In this document: positions 62,386-64,000 of the stretch, piece after piece
Layout of the letters: each line of letters begins with the position of its first letter
Numbering within the stretch: position 1 is the first letter of the stretch
Origin: Bacillota bacterium
GTDB taxonomy: Bacteria; Bacillota; JAAYKD01
Length of the DNA: 64,000 nt
Direction: 5' to 3'
Assembly (NCBI GenBank): GCA_963666425.2
Contig: OY762825.2
Span: 1,280,001-1,344,000, forward strand
Made by a program: the position numbers and the translations under genes
Notes under the pieces: generated by a model
The model's database searches: none
What the model was told of the DNA's origin: nothing
Seen by the model: the letters and a program-made list of their open reading frames with translations, nothing else

Positions 62386-62700
62386 CTACTTTTGGGGTGG
62401 TGGTGCTTTTACCACGGTCAACTCCAGGGTATCGTTTTGTTTATTTCCGGCATCCATCTCAATCCCTTTGGGAATTTTAAGTATTGTGCCTTTTTCATAC
62501 ATGGTGAAATCACCGTCAGCGAGGCGAAGCGACAGCGTGCCGGCAATCACCGCCATATAAACAACCGCATTGGTCACATGGGTGGGCAGCGCTTCCCCCT
62601 GCAGCAACACCATATGCATGTAATGCAGGTTTTCATCCTTGATCACCGCTTCAATCACATGCGCCTGGCTGCCGCTCATTTGAAAGACTTGTTCAATCAT
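62386..62700 (-). CDS. Cupin domain protein
   Basis: HYMHMVL..GEALPTH...G; sits in the hcp operon. Confidence 0.75.
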   Translation of the reverse strand: MIEQVFQMSGSQAHVIEAVIKDENLHYMHMVLLQGEALPTHVTNAVVYMAVIAGTLSLRLADGDFTMYEKGTILKIPKGIEMDAGNKQNDTLELTVVKAPPPQK

Positions 62701-62713
62701 AGCATCATCCCTT

Positions 62714-63454
62714 CTAATCCAAAATTCTTCCATCAGTAGAAATGGTTATTACCTGCCAGGGAATAAACTTACCGCTGCTCTGCAGAGCGATTTTAGCTGC
62801 CTGCTCCAAGCCGCCGCAGCAAGGAACTTCCATCCGCACGATGGTCACGCTCTTAATCTCGTTCTGCTTGATAATTTCACTCAGTTTACTCGTGTAATTA
62901 CCTTCGTCCAGCTTGGGACAGCCGATCAGCGTGATGTGATTCTTGATGAAGCGCTGATGGAAATTCGCATAAGCATACGCCGTGCAGTCCGCCGCAATCA
63001 ACAGATTGGCGTTAGCAAAATAAGGCGCTTGAATGGGAACCAACTTGATTTGAACCGGCCATTGCTGCAATTGACTGTCTGCTTCGGTCTGCGGCGCCGT
63101 CGTCGCTTTTAGCTGAGGCTGTCTGGCCTGAGCAGAAGCACAGTCAGCGGCCGGCTGGCGTTCGATTGATTTTGCTTGTGTGCCGGGACAGCCGCAGGCG
63201 AGCGGTTCCAAATGCTGTTTGATCTGATTTTTCTTGACCGCTGTTTCATCAAATGCAGCCGCTTCGCGTGTTTCAAAATGAATTGCCCCTACCGGGCAGG
63301 CTGGCAGGCAATTGCCTAATCCGTCACAATAATCATCGCGCAGCAGTTTGGCTTTGCCATCGATCATACCGATGGCACCTTCCTGACAGGCTGCCGCACA
63401 GAGACCGCAGCCGGTGCATTTTTCTTCGTCGATCTGAATAACGTTGCGAATCAT
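62714..63454 (-). CDS. 4Fe-4S ferredoxin-domain protein (FrdX-like, hcp-associated)
   Basis: CTGCGLCAAAC, CDGLGNCLPACP, CGCPG, QWPVQ, ADC, GCPKLD, MEVPCC. Confidence 0.88.
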   Translation of the reverse strand: MIRNVIQIDEEKCTGCGLCAAACQEGAIGMIDGKAKLLRDDYCDGLGNCLPACPVGAIHFETREAAAFDETAVKKNQIKQHLEPLACGCPGTQAKSIERQPAADCASAQARQPQLKATTAPQTEADSQLQQWPVQIKLVPIQAPYFANANLLIAADCTAYAYANFHQRFIKNHITLIGCPKLDEGNYTSKLSEIIKQNEIKSVTIVRMEVPCCGGLEQAAKIALQSSGKFIPWQVITISTDGRILD

Positions 63455-63579
63455 CTTTCTCATCCTCCAGATTTATTTCATTCCCTGATGTTTTCCTTGA
63501 GACATCTCAGATTTGTTTAAAATCTTATTTCCGGTTTTGCTTGACTTCCTGGATTCAGTATACTATGATACAGCTGATT

Positions 63580-63598
63580 CGTCCGTTGTATTTACAAC
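63580..63598 (-). promoter_or_regulatory. Candidate HcpR operator
   Basis: Minus strand GTTGTA-AA-TACAAC-GGACG, 22 nt upstream of TATACT (63562-63557), facing the hcp operon. Confidence 0.75.
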
Positions 63599-63611
63599 AG
63601 AAAGGAGAAAT

Positions 63612-64000
63612 ATGAAAAAAGATTTTCAAAATCTCAGCCAGGTTGCTCTGTTTGCTGATATCAGCGAAACCGAATTGAGTTCACTTTTCCAATGCCTTTC
63701 GGCACAGCAGAAGATCTATAAAAAAGGTGAGATCATCTTTGCCGCCGGCAGCGCAGCCGAATTGGTCGGCATCGTACTCAGCGGGCAAGTACAAATCGTG
63801 CATGACGACTACTATGGCAATCGCACAATTATTGCCGAAATCGACAGCGGCCAGATGTTTGGCGAAGCCTATACCTGCGCCAATACAACTGCGCTGCCCT
63901 TCAGTGTGATTGCCAAACTGGACAGCGCGATCCTGCTGATTGATTACAGAAAGATCATTACAACCTGCAACCAGGCTTGTGTCTATCATAACAAACTTGT
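63612..64000 (+). CDS. Crp/Fnr family regulator, HcpR-like (3' truncated by window edge; not in the ORF track)
   Basis: ATG 63612 after AAGGAG: MKKDFQNLSQVALFADISE...YKKGEIIF...VGIVLSG...GNRTII...GQMFGE; divergent from the hcp operon. Confidence 0.88.
   Translation, partial: MKKDFQNLSQVALFADISETELSSLFQCLSAQQKIYKKGEIIFAAGSAAELVGIVLSGQVQIVHDDYYGNRTIIAEIDSGQMFGEAYTCANTTALPFSVIAKLDSAILLIDYRKIITTCNQACVYHNKL

Noticed and set aside
61688-62560. 290-aa antisense ORF over hcp/cupin
   Set aside because: Codon-bias shadow frame with no motif support.
1-64000. CRISPR arrays, tRNA/rRNA, transposases, prophage or defence genes
   Set aside because: No regularly spaced repeats, tRNA cloverleafs or mobile/defence protein motifs were recognised on either strand.

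Overview
Core-genome window from an anaerobic Bacillota (Firmicutes)-type bacterium. This is inferred from SLH-domain protein, ECF S-components, DarA, the YwlC/YwlE/RpiB/YwlG/GlyA gene order and HCP. No tRNA/rRNA, CRISPR array, prophage or intact transposase was recognised. Contents in order: gdhA; a long minus-strand block (fsa-glpX-radical SAM-rpmE-DUF1385-prfA-prmC-nagA-sua5-ywlE-rpiB/ywlG fusion-glyA); two tandem M14 carboxypeptidases divergent from a RocB-like M20 hydrolase; a Crp/Fnr + ECF S-component islet; a hypothetical-secA-prfB operon (prfB has the programmed +1 frameshift); a complete shikimate operon with a chorismate mutase-AroE-AroK triple fusion; ggt, ogt and amidohydrolases; pstS-pstS-pstCAB-phoPR-darA; an SLH protein; FMN riboswitch-ribU; and a ferredoxin-cupin-hcp operon with a divergent HcpR-like regulator. 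The most notable sequence-level signals are five. (1) A shared 20-bp palindrome-containing motif (TGTTGYAMATRCAACGGACG) at both Crp/Fnr divergent promoters links an uncharacterised ECF S-component to the hcp operon. (2) A radical SAM gene is split by a +1 frameshift. (3) The two pstS genes have Pho-box promoters with identical spacing. (4) An AGGA-N17/18-GAAN (SigH-like) motif recurs upstream of about nine transcription units. (5) An uncharacterised CofC/NTP-transferase-like gene is coupled to secA. All product calls come from motif recognition by eye; no searches were run.
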